Assembly: GCF_009914755.1 (NCBI RefSeq)
Contig: NC_060935.1
Strand: one strand, 5' to 3'
DNA: 64,000 nucleotides
Source of the DNA: the human T2T-CHM13v2.0 reference genome, Homo sapiens
The notes under the pieces are model-generated. The model was not told the DNA's origin, made no database searches, and saw only the letters and a list, made by a program, of their open reading frames with translations. Positions 34,746 to 49,139 of the stretch are shown here, in pieces. How positions within the stretch are numbered: the stretch's first letter is position 1; the number at the start of each line of letters is the position of its first letter. Position numbers and translations under genes: made by a program.

Positions 34746-37357
34746 ATGAGACCCAGAGTTTGGAGAAAACTTTTGGCCAATGCTGCCACCTGATGTCAGA
34801 AAGTGTCCCCACACCCTAGCAGTGGCCTATCTTGGAACAAGAACTTCGAAAGCACCTACTGTGTGCTCAGCCATTTGAGGAAGGAAGGAGGAGAAGGAAG
34901 ATGTTACTAGGGAAGGATGAGATAAAACTTCTGCACCCAAGACAATGAGACAGACATAACTGCAACCGTAGTAAGCCAGTCAGAAATAGCCAGCGCGAAG
35001 GCAAGAGATGGGGTGGAGATTGGAACCCCGCTTCAGATCTGGGCTCGGCTACTTACCTGCTGTGCAGCCATGGGTCAAGTTGCTTGACCTCTCTGTGCCT
35101 CCACTCCCTTAGCTATAAAATGAGCTTACTTAAGAGACCGAAGTGAATTCTTGCATGTCAAGCATCTAGCACATAGTGCTGTTTGCCATTCTTAGTATCA
35201 TTACTATTAGTGAAAAAAGCAGACATTCCTGCAGCTATAAGCCTGACTCAATGAAATCAGACATCTGGAAGGCTCTTCACTTCCAAAGTATCTTTCAACA
35301 TGAAGAGGCTGTAATAGGAAGTGCCGGGCAGGGTTCTGGATGGTTCCAGAGCGAGGGATGTGCAGGCTGCATGTATTGGGAAAGGCTTTCTGGAAGAGTT
35401 GGGGTGTGGGTTGAGGCTGGAAGATGGTAACGATTTGGCAAGGTGGAGGCAGGAGTGTTTTAGGGGTTGGAAGAGTCTCATGGGTTCCCCAGGTGACCCA
35501 ACTTTCTCAAGGAAGAGATGGGGACAGTCAGATCCTTCCTTGAAGGCCTTGGCGAGGGAAGGGGTTTGCAGGGTGGTCCCCTTTACTCTGCTCCCAGAAC
35601 TCCCAGAACAGGCTGCAACTGCCCCTTGAACTCATGCAGGCCAGAGGGTTGAGGGAGCTGGGCTTGCTTGGCCTTGGTTGAGCTGAGGGTCAGCGGGGAG
35701 ATAACCTTTTCAGGTGGGCACACCTCCCTTCTGAACCTGTTTTCAAGGACCAGCTCAGCCTTGCTGGGGGATGGGGAGGGAGCTTCCCATCAGTCACCCC
35801 CCAGTCCTTTTTCTCCTTCCCTTTCTGCCAGGGCCTCCATCCCAAGCCCCAGCCATTGCTCCAGGTGGGCGAGGGATACTTGGAGAAGGCACCTGCTACC
35901 TCCTGTGTGCCTTTTTTGATGGAAGGGGAGTCCCCAAATCAGTATGTTTTCCCTTCTGATTTCCAAGTCACCAAAAATAATGCTTTTTTAAAAAGCAATG
36001 TTTTCAAGACTTGGAGTGTTTTTCTGACCTTCCTTGACTAGCACCTCCTAGCTTGTCTGGCCCCTGCAGTGAGGGGGCTCTGGACACCATCACTACAGAC
36101 ACCAGCTGCCTTGGGCTCCTTCTTAGTCTCAGGGGATGGTGATGAGAAGAATCCCTGAGACTTTGGGCTGACCTTAACACTCTGCAAAGTAGGCACCTCC
36201 CACAGGGCCACATCCAAGGGCTCGAGTCCACCATTCCAAAGCACTCGCCCAACCGCCTTAGCCCCACTGTCACAGCACCTGAAATCCTGCCGTGACAGTC
36301 ACTTCTTTGCTGAAAAGCAAATTTTAGTGTGCATCAGAATCACTTAGGAGCTTGTTGAAATAGATGTAGGTGGTCAGCTGTTTGGCAAACACTGAGATAA
36401 GACTTCCCTATCGCAGGAGGCTTTTGTGGCCGTGTAAAACACTTGGGAGTGGTAATATCAGTACTTATTTCTCTGCGGACTTTAGGGTTTACAATGTGCC
36501 TTCATATAAATTGGCCATTGGCTCCTTGTAGTGACTCTGTAACATTTTATAGATGTGGCTCCCTTATAAAATTGTGTGACCAGCCCAAGTTCAAGTCCAG
36601 GCATCTTGTTAGAACAGAACTGAGATCCAACCCCTGTCCTTCTTACTCCACACCCCCTCCCAACCCAAAGTGCTTTATGAGGTTGGCCAGCCAGAACTTC
36701 CGAGAGCACAGCTCACCCACAGGAGGGGACCTAGGCTTCGGTGGGACGGGGAGGAGTGTGGAGTGTAGAGCACCTGCTGGGCCAGTCTCTGTAGTAGCAA
36801 TCATTGAACATGTGGGCAGGGGGTGGTGGGGACAGTGTCCAAAGATTCCTGGGACCAGAATTGGCAGGAAGAACTGCCTGATTTCCGTTTGCCAGGGTAA
36901 GCAAAGCACCCTCGGGGAGGCCAGAAACTGGTGCTGCTGCAAGCCGGGAGGATGAGTTGTGCCTGGTTCCCTGGGCAACCTCACCCGGGCTGGGCTGGAC
37001 CTCACTATGGACTTCCTGTGGGTTTTCTTCAGGCATCTCTCCCTTCAGGCTTGTTAGCCAAGGGAGGCCTTCAGTGGGGGAACTGTGGGCCACAGCTGGA
37101 GGACCTCTACCCCAGGGTCTTTATTGGACCTGGCTCTGGTGGATGAGGGGACAAGGACTCCGGCAAAAAGGAGGGCAAGTGCCACTCTCAAGAACCAAAG
37201 GCTCGAGGCCAGCATTGTATCTGAGGAGCATGGGCACCCGCTGGGGCCCAGCTCTGTGTGACCTTGTGTGGGTCACACACATCCCATAAGAGAGAGGGTC
37301 TCACTGGGTTATCTCCAAGGTCTTCCCCAACACGGGCATTCCATGTCTAATCGCCTA

Positions 37358-37809
<452 letters not shown>

Positions 37810-37882
37810 CTACAGCTGGGGCCGTTCCAGTTTACACACAACTAGCAGTGTCTGAAAGTTCCCGTTCTCTCATATTCCTGTG

Positions 37883-38340
37883 GTATCAGTCAGGGCTCTC
37901 CAGAGAAACAGAACCAGTAAGATACACACATAGAGAAAGATTTATTTTAAGGAATTAGCTTGCTGGATTTTGGGGTCTGGCAAGCCCAAAATCCTAACAA
38001 ACTAGCAGTCTGGCAGCTGAGGCAAAACTTAATGTTGTGGCCAGCCGGGAGTCTGAAATTTGTAGGGCAGGGCAGCAGGCTGGAAGCTCAGGCGGGACTC
38101 TTGTGTTATAGTCTTAAGGCAGAATGTCTTCTTCAGGAAACCTCCATTTTCGCTCTTTAGGCCTTCAACTGATTGGATGAGGACCACCCGCAATACAGGG
38201 GTGATCTTTTACTTAAAGTCAACTGATTATAAAGGTAGTCACGTCTATAAAATACCTTCACAGCAACGTCTAGGCTAATGTTTGACAAAACAGCTGGGTA
38301 TGAGAGCCTGGCCAAATTGGCACATAAAATGAATCATCAT
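37883..38340 (-). mobile_element. MLT2-family (ERVL) solo LTR
   Basis: agtcagggctctccagagaaacagaacca...gatttattttaaggaattagc...gccttcaactgattggatgagg...cacataaaatgaatcatca matches the reverse MLT2 consensus as recalled. Confidence 0.8.
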
Positions 38341-39994
38341 GCCTGCCATCGCTTGGTATTGTCATAAACTGTTCGCTGTTTGACCAGTGAGAAACATGAC
38401 AGCATTCCAGGGCTTATTCTCAGTATCAGCTATTGGCTGTAGCCAGGTGACAGCTGGGATGGTTGTTCCCCTCCACCCTCCTCTGCCCTCACCTGGGATT
38501 CCTCACCCTCTGGCTTCAGCCGATGAGAAGCACTGCAGGTGGGAGCACAGGACAGCAGTGGGGTGTCAGTTCCCTGCTGGCTGCCTCAGCACCACACATG
38601 TGGCACTGGCTTCATTCCTCCAAGGCTCCAGATCTTCCGGGGCTCCCATACCACTGTCTCCTCCTGTTGCCTCTTCTGCCCTCGCTTCTCTGTGCAGCCC
38701 CTCTCTGGGTGCTGGTTCCCTTAAGCCTGCTGGCATCTCTGTCAATAACACCTTTGTTAGAGGCACTCCGAGTTAAGTTGGTTCTGTTTTCCTGCAGAAA
38801 CCCTGACTGATAACCACAGTGGCCCCAGCTGGGGACCTAGAAGGTTAGTGGTAGAAGGGAAGAGGGTAAAAGCGGGTGGAAAGTGTAGGCTCACTTGGTG
38901 GGTATTCAGTGCAGACCTCCATGGAGAAGGGCTGGACCTCAGGAGCTCTCAGTGGAGCCAGGGAAAGACAGTCACAAGGGTGGTGTCCACATGCCCCTGG
39001 GGGGCAACTATCTCACCAGCCCTGGCTCCTGTGACAAGGTCCTGATTCCTAAGCAGGGAGAGGCAGGATGAGAGGCAGCTCCCTCCCCTCCTACATCACA
39101 GAAAGCAGAAGCCTCGAGAGGAGAAGCCTCTTCACCACTCCCTGGCCTACGCTGGCACCCACCTTCCCAGTTCCCCTCCTGTCCTCATGGAGACATGTCT
39201 TTTCTCCCCACTCTCCCGGACCTCCCTCTCTGGGGGAAATGATCCCCTCTTCCTCTAGCATTGCTCCCTTTCCTGCTTCCTTCCCAGTGGCCCTGGAGAG
39301 TTCGCATTCTTTCTCATCTTAAGAACAAAATAAAAAAACACCTCAAAACCAGGTCCCTCTCCACCTCTGCCCTATTTCTCCCGGCTCCTTCACAGACCAC
39401 CTTTTTGCCAGCATCCTCCTCCCCAGCACTTTCCAACCTTGGAATCGCTACTCAAGGCTATGCAGCAATCAGCTAGGATATGTGTCACAAGTCATCTGTT
39501 ACTGAAATGGCTGAACTATTTTCACCGAAGTCAGGGCAGATTCCAGGTCCTTCCCATGTGAATATCACCACCCTCGTGGCTCCTGCTTTCGCGCCTTCAC
39601 ACTCAGTCCTTGTCTATACGCTGATCCCACGGGGATCAGTGCCCTTTGCAGCTGCAAAGGGAAGTACAGGAGGTAGGACATTTTGACTGGCAGAGATGTC
39701 CAGCAACAGGACGGATAGCCCAACGGGCCAGGAGCACCTGTCACTGCGTTGACTGAGCAGAAACAACCAAGCTGGCTGACTCCAACTAGGGTTCTGGGCT
39801 GAGGTCTGGTCTTTGATGGGGAGCAGGGACTGGAAGACCCAATGGTAGTCTGAAACTAAAATTCAACATCCCCATCTTGCCTAGACCTGGGGCCCTCCCC
39901 TGTGCATCCCCCAGCCATGGATGGGCACTCCTGTGAAAAGATCTCTCCAGGGTCTTGCAGGTAGAGGTGCAAAAGTCAGGGTCACACGCCCCTG

Positions 39995-40013
39995 TGACCA
40001 CGAGAGGGCGCGC
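39995..40013 (+). promoter_or_regulatory. Putative CTCF site between OAF and POU2F3
   Basis: TGACCACGAGAGGGCGCGC vs consensus TGGCCACCAGGGGGCGC; retained CpGs in a CpG-poor area. Confidence 0.6.
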
Positions 40014-41195
40014 AGGGCCTAGACTTGCCCTGAGCGTGTAAGTGGATTGGGAAGGTTACCTGGGGTGAGGTGGGTCCAGGCAGCCAGGAAAGGGCTGGCT
40101 GAGGCAGAGGCTGAGGCTGGGCTCTGTCGAAGGTGCAGTTAGAAAGATCCAGCTCAGGTCCAATGCCGGCCTCAAAGTCAAAAAAATTGATTGGAAGCAG
40201 AGTTGCTGTTATGTTGTCTTTAAATTAAATATATGTTGCTATTATCAATGATTCTGAACTTTTAAGTGCAAAATGGACAATGAATGTGTGTGTACTGCCC
40301 CCCGACATGGGTGAAGGCTGGGTATGGGGAGATGTCTCTTGGGCAAGGGCAGGGGGTATTCAGCATTAGAGACATCAGAGCAGAGAATAGCTCTGTATCC
40401 TGACTCTGGTGTCCTCTACCCATCCCCTCGCCAGTCACAGTTACCTTATCCTGGTTCCCAAGACACCTTTCACTGTGTCACCCTGACACGAACCCCACCT
40501 CCACCAAAAGCCTCCCGGCAATGATGCCCTCAGATGTACCTTGACATATGATTTAAAACAGGCCTGGAAGTCCTTCCTAGCCTCTCCCTTGCTCCCATCT
40601 GCTTTTATTGGGAATCTGAGTTTGGATCCATTCTCTTTGATCACCCTGAGGCAAGGAGCTGACCCTCTCCTGTACCCCCACGCTCTGGGCCCCATGGCCC
40701 ATCTGGCAGAAGGAAAGGGCTAGAAGGGACTTGTTCCTTGGTGGCCTTCCAGGATGCCTCACTCTCCGCCCTTCTCCTAGCCCTGACAACTCAATCCAGC
40801 TGACAGGACAGGAAATGGGAGTGAGCCCAGGGTCTACAGCCAAGAAGGTCCCTTTTCCCTGCTGAGGTGGGGATGGGGCTTGGGCCCACTCCACGCAGTA
40901 CCCTCTCCAGGGCTGTGCACCATTTCCACCCACTGTGTCTGGAAAGGAGGCTTGACTCTTAGAGCTTTCTGTCCTTGAAACAAAAGAAGTTGATGATATG
41001 TTCAAATAGAAATGAAGCCTGGGGCACTAGTGACTCCCTAGAGGTGCAGCCAAGGGGGTTAGATGTCACTCCAGGAGACCCCGGAGGACCTGGGGAGGGG
41101 TCAGAATTGATGACAGTTTCAAAACCACAGCATCCTGGAGTAAGGCTTCTGCTACTCTGAAAAAAGTCCTCCAGCTGTTGAGAGAGGTGGGGTAA

Positions 41196-41243
41196 GGGAG
41201 GGAGGGAGGGATGATTTGCATTTAATTTGCATTTCATTTACAT
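41196..41243. promoter_or_regulatory. POU2F3: Octamer triplet with 11-bp spacing upstream of the distal POU2F3 first exon, preceded by (GGGA)3GGG
   Basis: ATTTGCAT 41214, ATTTGCAT 41225, ATTTACAT 41236. Confidence 0.7.
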
Positions 41244-41465
41244 ATAGTTCTTTTGATGTCCAAAGGCACAGAAATTTCCTGTCCTGGCTTCTTTTTCCCT
41301 TTCTTTCTTCTGTTCCTTTCTAACCTCCAGGCAAACCCCTATCTCTCTCTCTTCCCCACAGCTTTTCCTCTCCTAAGCTAAACAGGGACAGGGAGTATCA
41401 GGCTCAGGGGGGTTGACATTTTCCTCTCTATCTCACTCCAGCCCAGAGCTCAAAAAACCGGTTTC

Positions 41466-41499
41466 ATGGAGTCTCCAAGAACTGCTAAAGGAGAAAGGG
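41466..41499 (+). CDS. POU2F3: POU2F3 distal alternative first coding exon (MESPRTAKGER-)
   Basis: ATG at 41466, 34 nt, donor GG|GTAAAG, phase 1 compatible with exon 2; resembles the recalled MESPRTAKG... isoform N-terminus. Confidence 0.75.
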
Positions 41500-42444
41500 G
41501 TAAAGGAGTTCTCTACGTTCCCATTCTAGCTCATCTAACTGAAATGATCAGTGAGCAAGTCTGAGAGAGAAGGAATAAAGATTGCTCACCATTCCCCCTC
41601 AACCCTATACACAGGTGGGACTTAGAGGGCACCCCAGCCTTCTAAGCCTCAGGGCACATGAGGGAGAAGCAGGGAAGAGTAGAAACGTCTCTGCTGAGCC
41701 ATATGTTTGTTCTGTTTTCTGGGGTAAGTCCCCCTCCTTGTGGGCCTCAGGTCCCTCAAATGAAGGGTTCAATGATATCTAGGTTCTTTCTACCTCGTTA
41801 TCTGATAAGAGAAGGGGAAGCTCAGATTCAGAAACTGGAGGGCAGGACTAAAATCCTGGCTTTGGGGTTGGCAGCCCTGGGTCTAAATACCAACTCTGTA
41901 GTCTACTAGCTGCGTTTACTTCTCTGAACCTCAGTTTTCTCATCTGTAACGCAGGGCTAATAATTGTACCTTCCATCTAAAGTGGCACTGACTAAAATCA
42001 GATGGTGTATGTTCAGCATGGAGCACAGTTCTTGGCACGTAGGAAGCACTCAATCTATATTCATTGAGTGAATGAGTAAATGAATGAATGTGAGGGAGTA
42101 TCTGCTATCCTCTCCCCACCCAGCCCCTTCTGCCCCGTTCATCCTCCTACCTCCACACTCCAAGTTTGGAACCCAAAGCTGTGCCTCCAGCTGTGAACCT
42201 CCAAGGTCCTATCTGTGCCTCAGCTTCCACCCCAATCCCCACAAGAACTCCATATCCCCATTCCCCCCAGAACCCCAGAATCCTAGGCTGCTGGAGACAG
42301 AAGGCCCTTTGAAATTATCAAATATGGGCCTCTCTGACTTTTGGAAAACTAAAGCCCAGAGAAGAAATGTGACTTTGCACATGAAAAAGGGCAACGGGCC
42401 CCAGATAAGGTGGTCGGAGAATGAGACCCTCGGTGCACATGGCC

Positions 42445-43292
<848 letters not shown>

Positions 43293-43346
43293 CTAAGAAA
43301 AGGCCCTCAGAACCTGCCACGAAGGCTGTTAAGAACATGGAACTTA

Positions 43347-43651
<305 letters not shown>

Positions 43652-44559
43652 ACGGAACTTAAACTCTCTAAGCCTCATTTTCCCCATCTATAAAATGGCA
43701 ATAATCATAGTACAATGTACAGGTTTTGAGGACTAAACAAGAACTAAAGGCACGAAAGATGCCTTTCAAGTGTTGGTCACCCCAGTGCTTGATACACAGT
43801 GAAGGCACACGAAATGCTGGGTGTTATCGTGGGCATGACTGGAGTGCACGGTGGGATGGGCGTGCCAGGGGGAAAGGACACTGTAAACAAGGTGTAGAGG
43901 CAGGAAAGCCCAAAACCTGTTCTGTGCTCAGAAAGTAGCCCATGGGACTAAGGAGAAGACATGTTCATGAGGAGTCCTGTCTGGGAAGGAAAGCGAGGCC
44001 CTGCCCTCCTGTCTGCACACAGCTTTCTGGGCTTCCATGCAGGCCATCCCGTGGTGACAGACCACTTACTGGGACTTGAAGAGACGAAGAGAAAGGGGTG
44101 AGCCTATGATGGGTGCTGCAAAGAGCACTGGAGTGGGAGTCCAGAGACCTGATTCCAGCCAGGCTCTGTCACTAGGGAAGTGTGCACCTTTGAGCAAGCC
44201 GCTTCCCCGCTCTGGAAGGTGGCTGTCACCAAAAGCCTGGGCACTGGTAACTTCCACATCCATCATCTCGTAGAGCCTCACAGCAACCTGGGACCTGGGG
44301 CGGGAGACTGGAGGGGCAAGCAGGAAGCAGTTGTGTGCACCTGGAAACTCTGCTAATAATAAACTGCACCCCGTCTAAATCCCACAATGCTGTGAGGATG
44401 CCATGGGGGCTAGGTGAGCTTGGTCACCTGCTCAGCCCAATAGGGAACCCGATTAGCACCTGTCCTGTTTTACAGGTGAGTTAAATGAGCTCAGGGAGGT
44501 GAAGAACCTTGTCCCAGCCACACTGCTGGTAAGCGGTTGGGAGGCGAGATTCCAAAACT

Positions 44560-45320
44560 GAATTCTTTCCAGCAGACCCCCGCGACTTCTCCAAACACTC
44601 CAACTCCTTGCAGCGCTTACACTTCGCGATCTGTCCAGAAGGAAGCTCGGGCTCAGGCTGGAGAACCCGCCAGGGCTTCCTAAAAAGGGCGAGCAGGACC
44701 AGGAGTTGGCGCCACTCCGGGCGCGGTGAGGAGGTGCTGCCAGGCTGGGTTGGAGCAGGCAGGTGTTCCGCGGGATCGAGACCCGCCCCGGCAGCACCCC
44801 CGGCCCCCTCCCCAGGTCCCCAGCTCCATGTATGCAAATCACTGCTTTGCATGGGCCTGGGGCCAGGCGCGGGGCTCCTGCCAGGGGGCGTGGCCGGCGG
44901 CCCCCGCCCCGCGCCGCGTGCTCACCTGGGGAGTGTGGCAATCCTGGCGGCGCCGAGTGTTGCCCGGGCCGGAGCAGCGGAGCGCGCGACAGTGGCGGCG
45001 ACGGCTCCGGCAGCGGCTCCCGCGGCGGCGGCGGCCGGGAACTGGAGGAAGGAGACCCTGGCTTCGCAGGGGCCCCGGCTGGGGCAGAGGCGAGGGGCCT
45101 GGGGGGGCGCTGGCTTTGGCCCCGCCTGGGGCAGGATGGTGAATCTGGAGTCCATGCACACAGGTGAGGGGCGGAGGGAATGAGCTCTGACAGGTGTCAC
45201 TGCGCGTGGGCAGGGGTGAAGGAGAGGGACAACGTTCTGGTTAGGGAGGGGGGCTTGTTTCCCAGCGGCCAGGAGAGGGCGGTGTGGATAGCGGGTTGTC
45301 CTGGGGTGGGTGCCGGTCAG
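44560..45320 (+). promoter_or_regulatory. POU2F3: POU2F3 CpG-island promoter and 5' UTR, containing an octamer at 44832
   Basis: High CpG density, GC boxes, TATGCAAATC at 44831-44840, near-octamer CTTTGCAT at 44845. Confidence 0.88.
45136..45163 (+). CDS. POU2F3: POU2F3 canonical first coding exon (MVNLESMHT-)
   Basis: aggATGG Kozak context; 28 nt; donor CAG|GTGAGG, phase 1; recognised POU2F3/Skn-1a N-terminus. Confidence 0.95.
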
Positions 45321-48300
45321 TATTTGGGGACTAAAGGGAGGGGATCTGGGATAAGAAACCCTGGAAAAGAATGAGGGTGGGGGCTGGTGAAGGGCGGGAG
45401 GGCTTCGAAGCCCCCGGTCTGGGGAGTGGCAGTTGTATGGGACGTGGGTGTACTGAACTGTCATAGTCTCAGGAGGTTGCAGGGATGGGTGGTTCACTCA
45501 CTCAGCCAGGGGTGTGGACCTGGGAGTGCATAAGTGAGGGAAATGTGTATGTCCACATGCTGTGTGCTGGTGTCCGGGCATATGTGTGAAATGGAGGCAA
45601 AGCGGACATTTAGGTGGTTGGGGGGCTTAGGAGAAGTGGCTGAGGTGGGGCAATTACAGAGGTGCCCCTGGGGCAGGGGCCATGCCCCCATGTGTTTGAG
45701 AAGGGATGGTGACAGACACATCCTCTGGGTTCCATGTCCCATGCCTTCCTTCCCTAAGGGGTGGAAACCTAGGAGATGCAAATGCTTTGCCGGGAGTCAG
45801 GCTTCCCTGAATGAATGAATGAGAGGTGGGCATGGAGGGAACCCAGCCCCTCCATTCACCTTGCTGTTCCTCCTTCCACAGCTGGGCTAAGGCAGGAGCT
45901 GCCAGGCAGCCAGGTTGGGCTTGGCTTGGGGCTTCGTGTTAGGGTGGGCCTTCTGGAGGTCACAGGGCCTGAGCAAAGAACAAGTGAAGAAAGCGGTACC
46001 TGACCTGGCCATTTCTAACCTAGCAACTTACTCTCAAAGTGGGCAGGACCCAGTGATCTTTCTTTAGGATTTCGGGGCTGTTGATGGGAATGTTGTTACC
46101 TGGTCTCCTTTCTGGGAGAGTAGGGAGGAGGCAATGCTCCAGACCCACCCCAAGAAGCAGAGCAGGCCTGAGGCCTACCCAGCCTGAAAACAAGCGTCAG
46201 TGAGTGCCCGGAGGGAGGGGACCTGGAGTGCCCAGTTCCCCAGATGCTGTTTCCTGGCAGGGCTGAGTGAGAGGCAGACTGGCAGTGAGATGTTGGCACT
46301 GAGTGGCTCTCCAGGACGTGCCAGAAAGGCTAGGTGAGGCGGAAGAAGCCATCCAACTGGGTGTCATCCAGAGTCTGAGGAAAGTCTGTTTCTAGACTGG
46401 GCATACCTGGGGCAGATCCCCGGGTAGGTGCTCTCCCCTTCACTGCCCGCAGAGAAGGCCAGGGTTTGAATGGGAGCAAGTCTCTTCAGAAAGGTGGGCT
46501 TAGCAGTGGATGGGAAGTTTTTTAGCACCAAGATCACAGACTTCCTGGGGGTTTTCCACCTCCTTGTCTACTGGAGGCTCCCATTCTGTGGAAGTGGGAG
46601 GGGGTGGGACAGTTGGGACCCAGCAGGGAGGCAGCCTGGGGCCTCAGAGGATATAGCAGAGAGCAGAGAACACCAGAGGATGAGGTTGAGGCATAGGGCT
46701 TGGCCTCTATGCCTTCCCCAGGAGTGAGCTCCTGGCTGATGCTTCTCAGAAGCCCAGACACCTTCTCCACCCTGTCCCTGTGAGCAGGTATTCCCGACAC
46801 ATGGGGGGAGACTGAGCTAAACCCCAGGTGGGGTGATTCCTCAGGGCGGGATCTCCATGTACCTGGGGGTAGATTGCCCAATTCATCTCTCTCCATTTGC
46901 CTGCTCCCTCCCCAGCCCATTCCCCCCTCAGGGCTACCTGGCCTCCCTGTGCAGTTTCTGGGTCTTGGCCCCTCTGTAGTGTCTGAGGGTTCCCCTTCAG
47001 TGGCACCTCCAGAGGTCTCTGAGTTTAGGACTTTCTGTCCCATCTCTCTAACTGGGTCTCTATTAGAGGGCTCTCTTTGCTGGGTCCTCCTGGTGGCCTT
47101 TACTGTTCAAGATCTTCTTTGTAGGGTCTTCCAGTGCGCACCCTGCTGTGGGGTCTGTGAAGGAGGATCGCTCTTCCCTCTATGGAATATCTCATTATGG
47201 GTCCCTCTCTAGGGTCCCTTAGTCCAGGATCCTCTTTTGGAAATGTGGTCTCTTTTGAGTCCCATTTTCCCCCGCCAAGGTAATCCTGTATCCTACTGAT
47301 CTTGATAAATAGTACTTCTCCTGTGAATTCCCAGGGCTGGGTCCTTGGGGTCTCCTCCTTAATTGACTTACTGGAGGAGTTTGGATGGGGGAAGGAGGAG
47401 GAACAGGAGCACACAAACTAGAGCATAGGCTTGCTCCCGGGTCGCCCACTCCAAGGGCTCCACTCGCACTGAGGCCAGCTGGAGTTAGCCCCATTGTCTT
47501 GCTCTGATAACCTGGGTACGAGCCATGATTCAGGTCTGCCTGGAGCCTTCGCACCTTGTACTTTATAGAGCATCTCTCACCTGGAAGCACAAAGACCTGA
47601 GCAGGCAGAGGGTCACCAGACACAGGGGCTCTGCAGCAAGGAGGGGCTCCCTGCTCCCTGACTAAAAACAGGCAGAGAAGTAGACCCGAGACAGCCAGCT
47701 AGGGAGGCAGATAAGAGACAAAGGAAAACAGTGGGAAGCCAGCTGGTGGGGGCACACCTGGTTTGCCCCAGGTGTCTCTTTCTCTGCCCTTCTCCTCACT
47801 GTGAGCTTTTCCCCACCAAGGTTGGGAAAGGGGGGCTGAGTCTCACAGACGGGTGCCAATTGGAGCTCAGGAATAGCATTTGGGTTGGAAGGCCTGATGA
47901 TGGGACTGAGAAGAAATGAGAGAAGTCTCCTCTGGCGGAGAGTTGGAGCCTTGGCTAGCTCAGAAGTGGGGCCGGTGGGTCCTTTGAAGTCTCCCAGTGG
48001 AAGTGCCGCCATCAGCAGGTATGTGCGGGAGGAGCCAGAGGGAGCTCCCGTCCTTCCAAGAACATGAAGATGGACACTAGGAGAGAGGGCTGTGGCTTCT
48101 GCTTTCCCAGAGTAGCCTGGTCCCAGGAGGTCCAGGACCCTCAGCCTGCAGCCTGGGGGGAGTGCTTCCTCTCGAGCTTTCTTCCCTGGGGTTCACAGAT
48201 GTCTAAGGAGGGCCCACTCCTGGTCAAGCCAACGCTAACTTCAGGGTGTGATGGTGCTGAGTGGGGCAGCCAAGGGTCTGCAGCTGGTGTCTGGGCTCTT

Positions 48301-49139
48301 TCACAGAGCAGCTGAGCCTCCCCAGGGAAGGGAGTGATGGCAAGGAGCCTACTCAGTGTCTGGCTGAGATAACACAGAGGAGCCTGGCCCCACCCCACAC
48401 CTCTCTCACTCACCCCTGGCAAGTGCTGTCCGACAGGTGAAGGGTTACAGTGTCTCAGGGAGTTTCGGTGTTGGCCCATTTTTAGGCTGAGACCCAAAAG
48501 CTCGTCCCACCCATCAGCCTCAGCCTCCTACCCAACAGGAACAGGTTCTCAGTGTCTTAGCATCCTATGGGACTCAAGAAGAGGCTTGATAGGTTATCTC
48601 ACCCTGCCCCTCCAATCCTGAAGTGGCACCTTGTTGATCCCATAATGGATACATCAAATGAGTAGACAACATGGCAGATGAGGAGGGGAGGGGGTTGATG
48701 CCTTTGAAAGTTATTTTTAGACATGATTAAGACTAAATGTCAGGCTAACTTGAAGGATGAATGAGAGCTTCTGTGTGTATTTGATGAAGGTGATGTGGAG
48801 AATGGGTGTTGGAGGAGAATTTGGGTTCTAGGCATGCGATTACAGTTTAGCTAAAGAATTACCTTCTTAAATTTCAGGAGTTTGAAATGAGTTGATTCAG
48901 AGACTCTGGTCATCATCCCAGCGTCACTGCCTCTTAACTTTTTCCTGTCCTCATGAACACTTTTTCTGTGAAGTCAGAATTTGGAGAATCCTAATGGTTT
49001 CCCAGATAAAGGACAAATTACAATGGTGCTGAGACAGAAAACCAAAGCTATTCCTTATAATGGGGCAAGGGGTTAATGGAGGGGCATGAGAAGAAGGCAG
49101 GAAGGGAAGCGGACTAGCATCTAAGCCTAAGTGTCTGTT

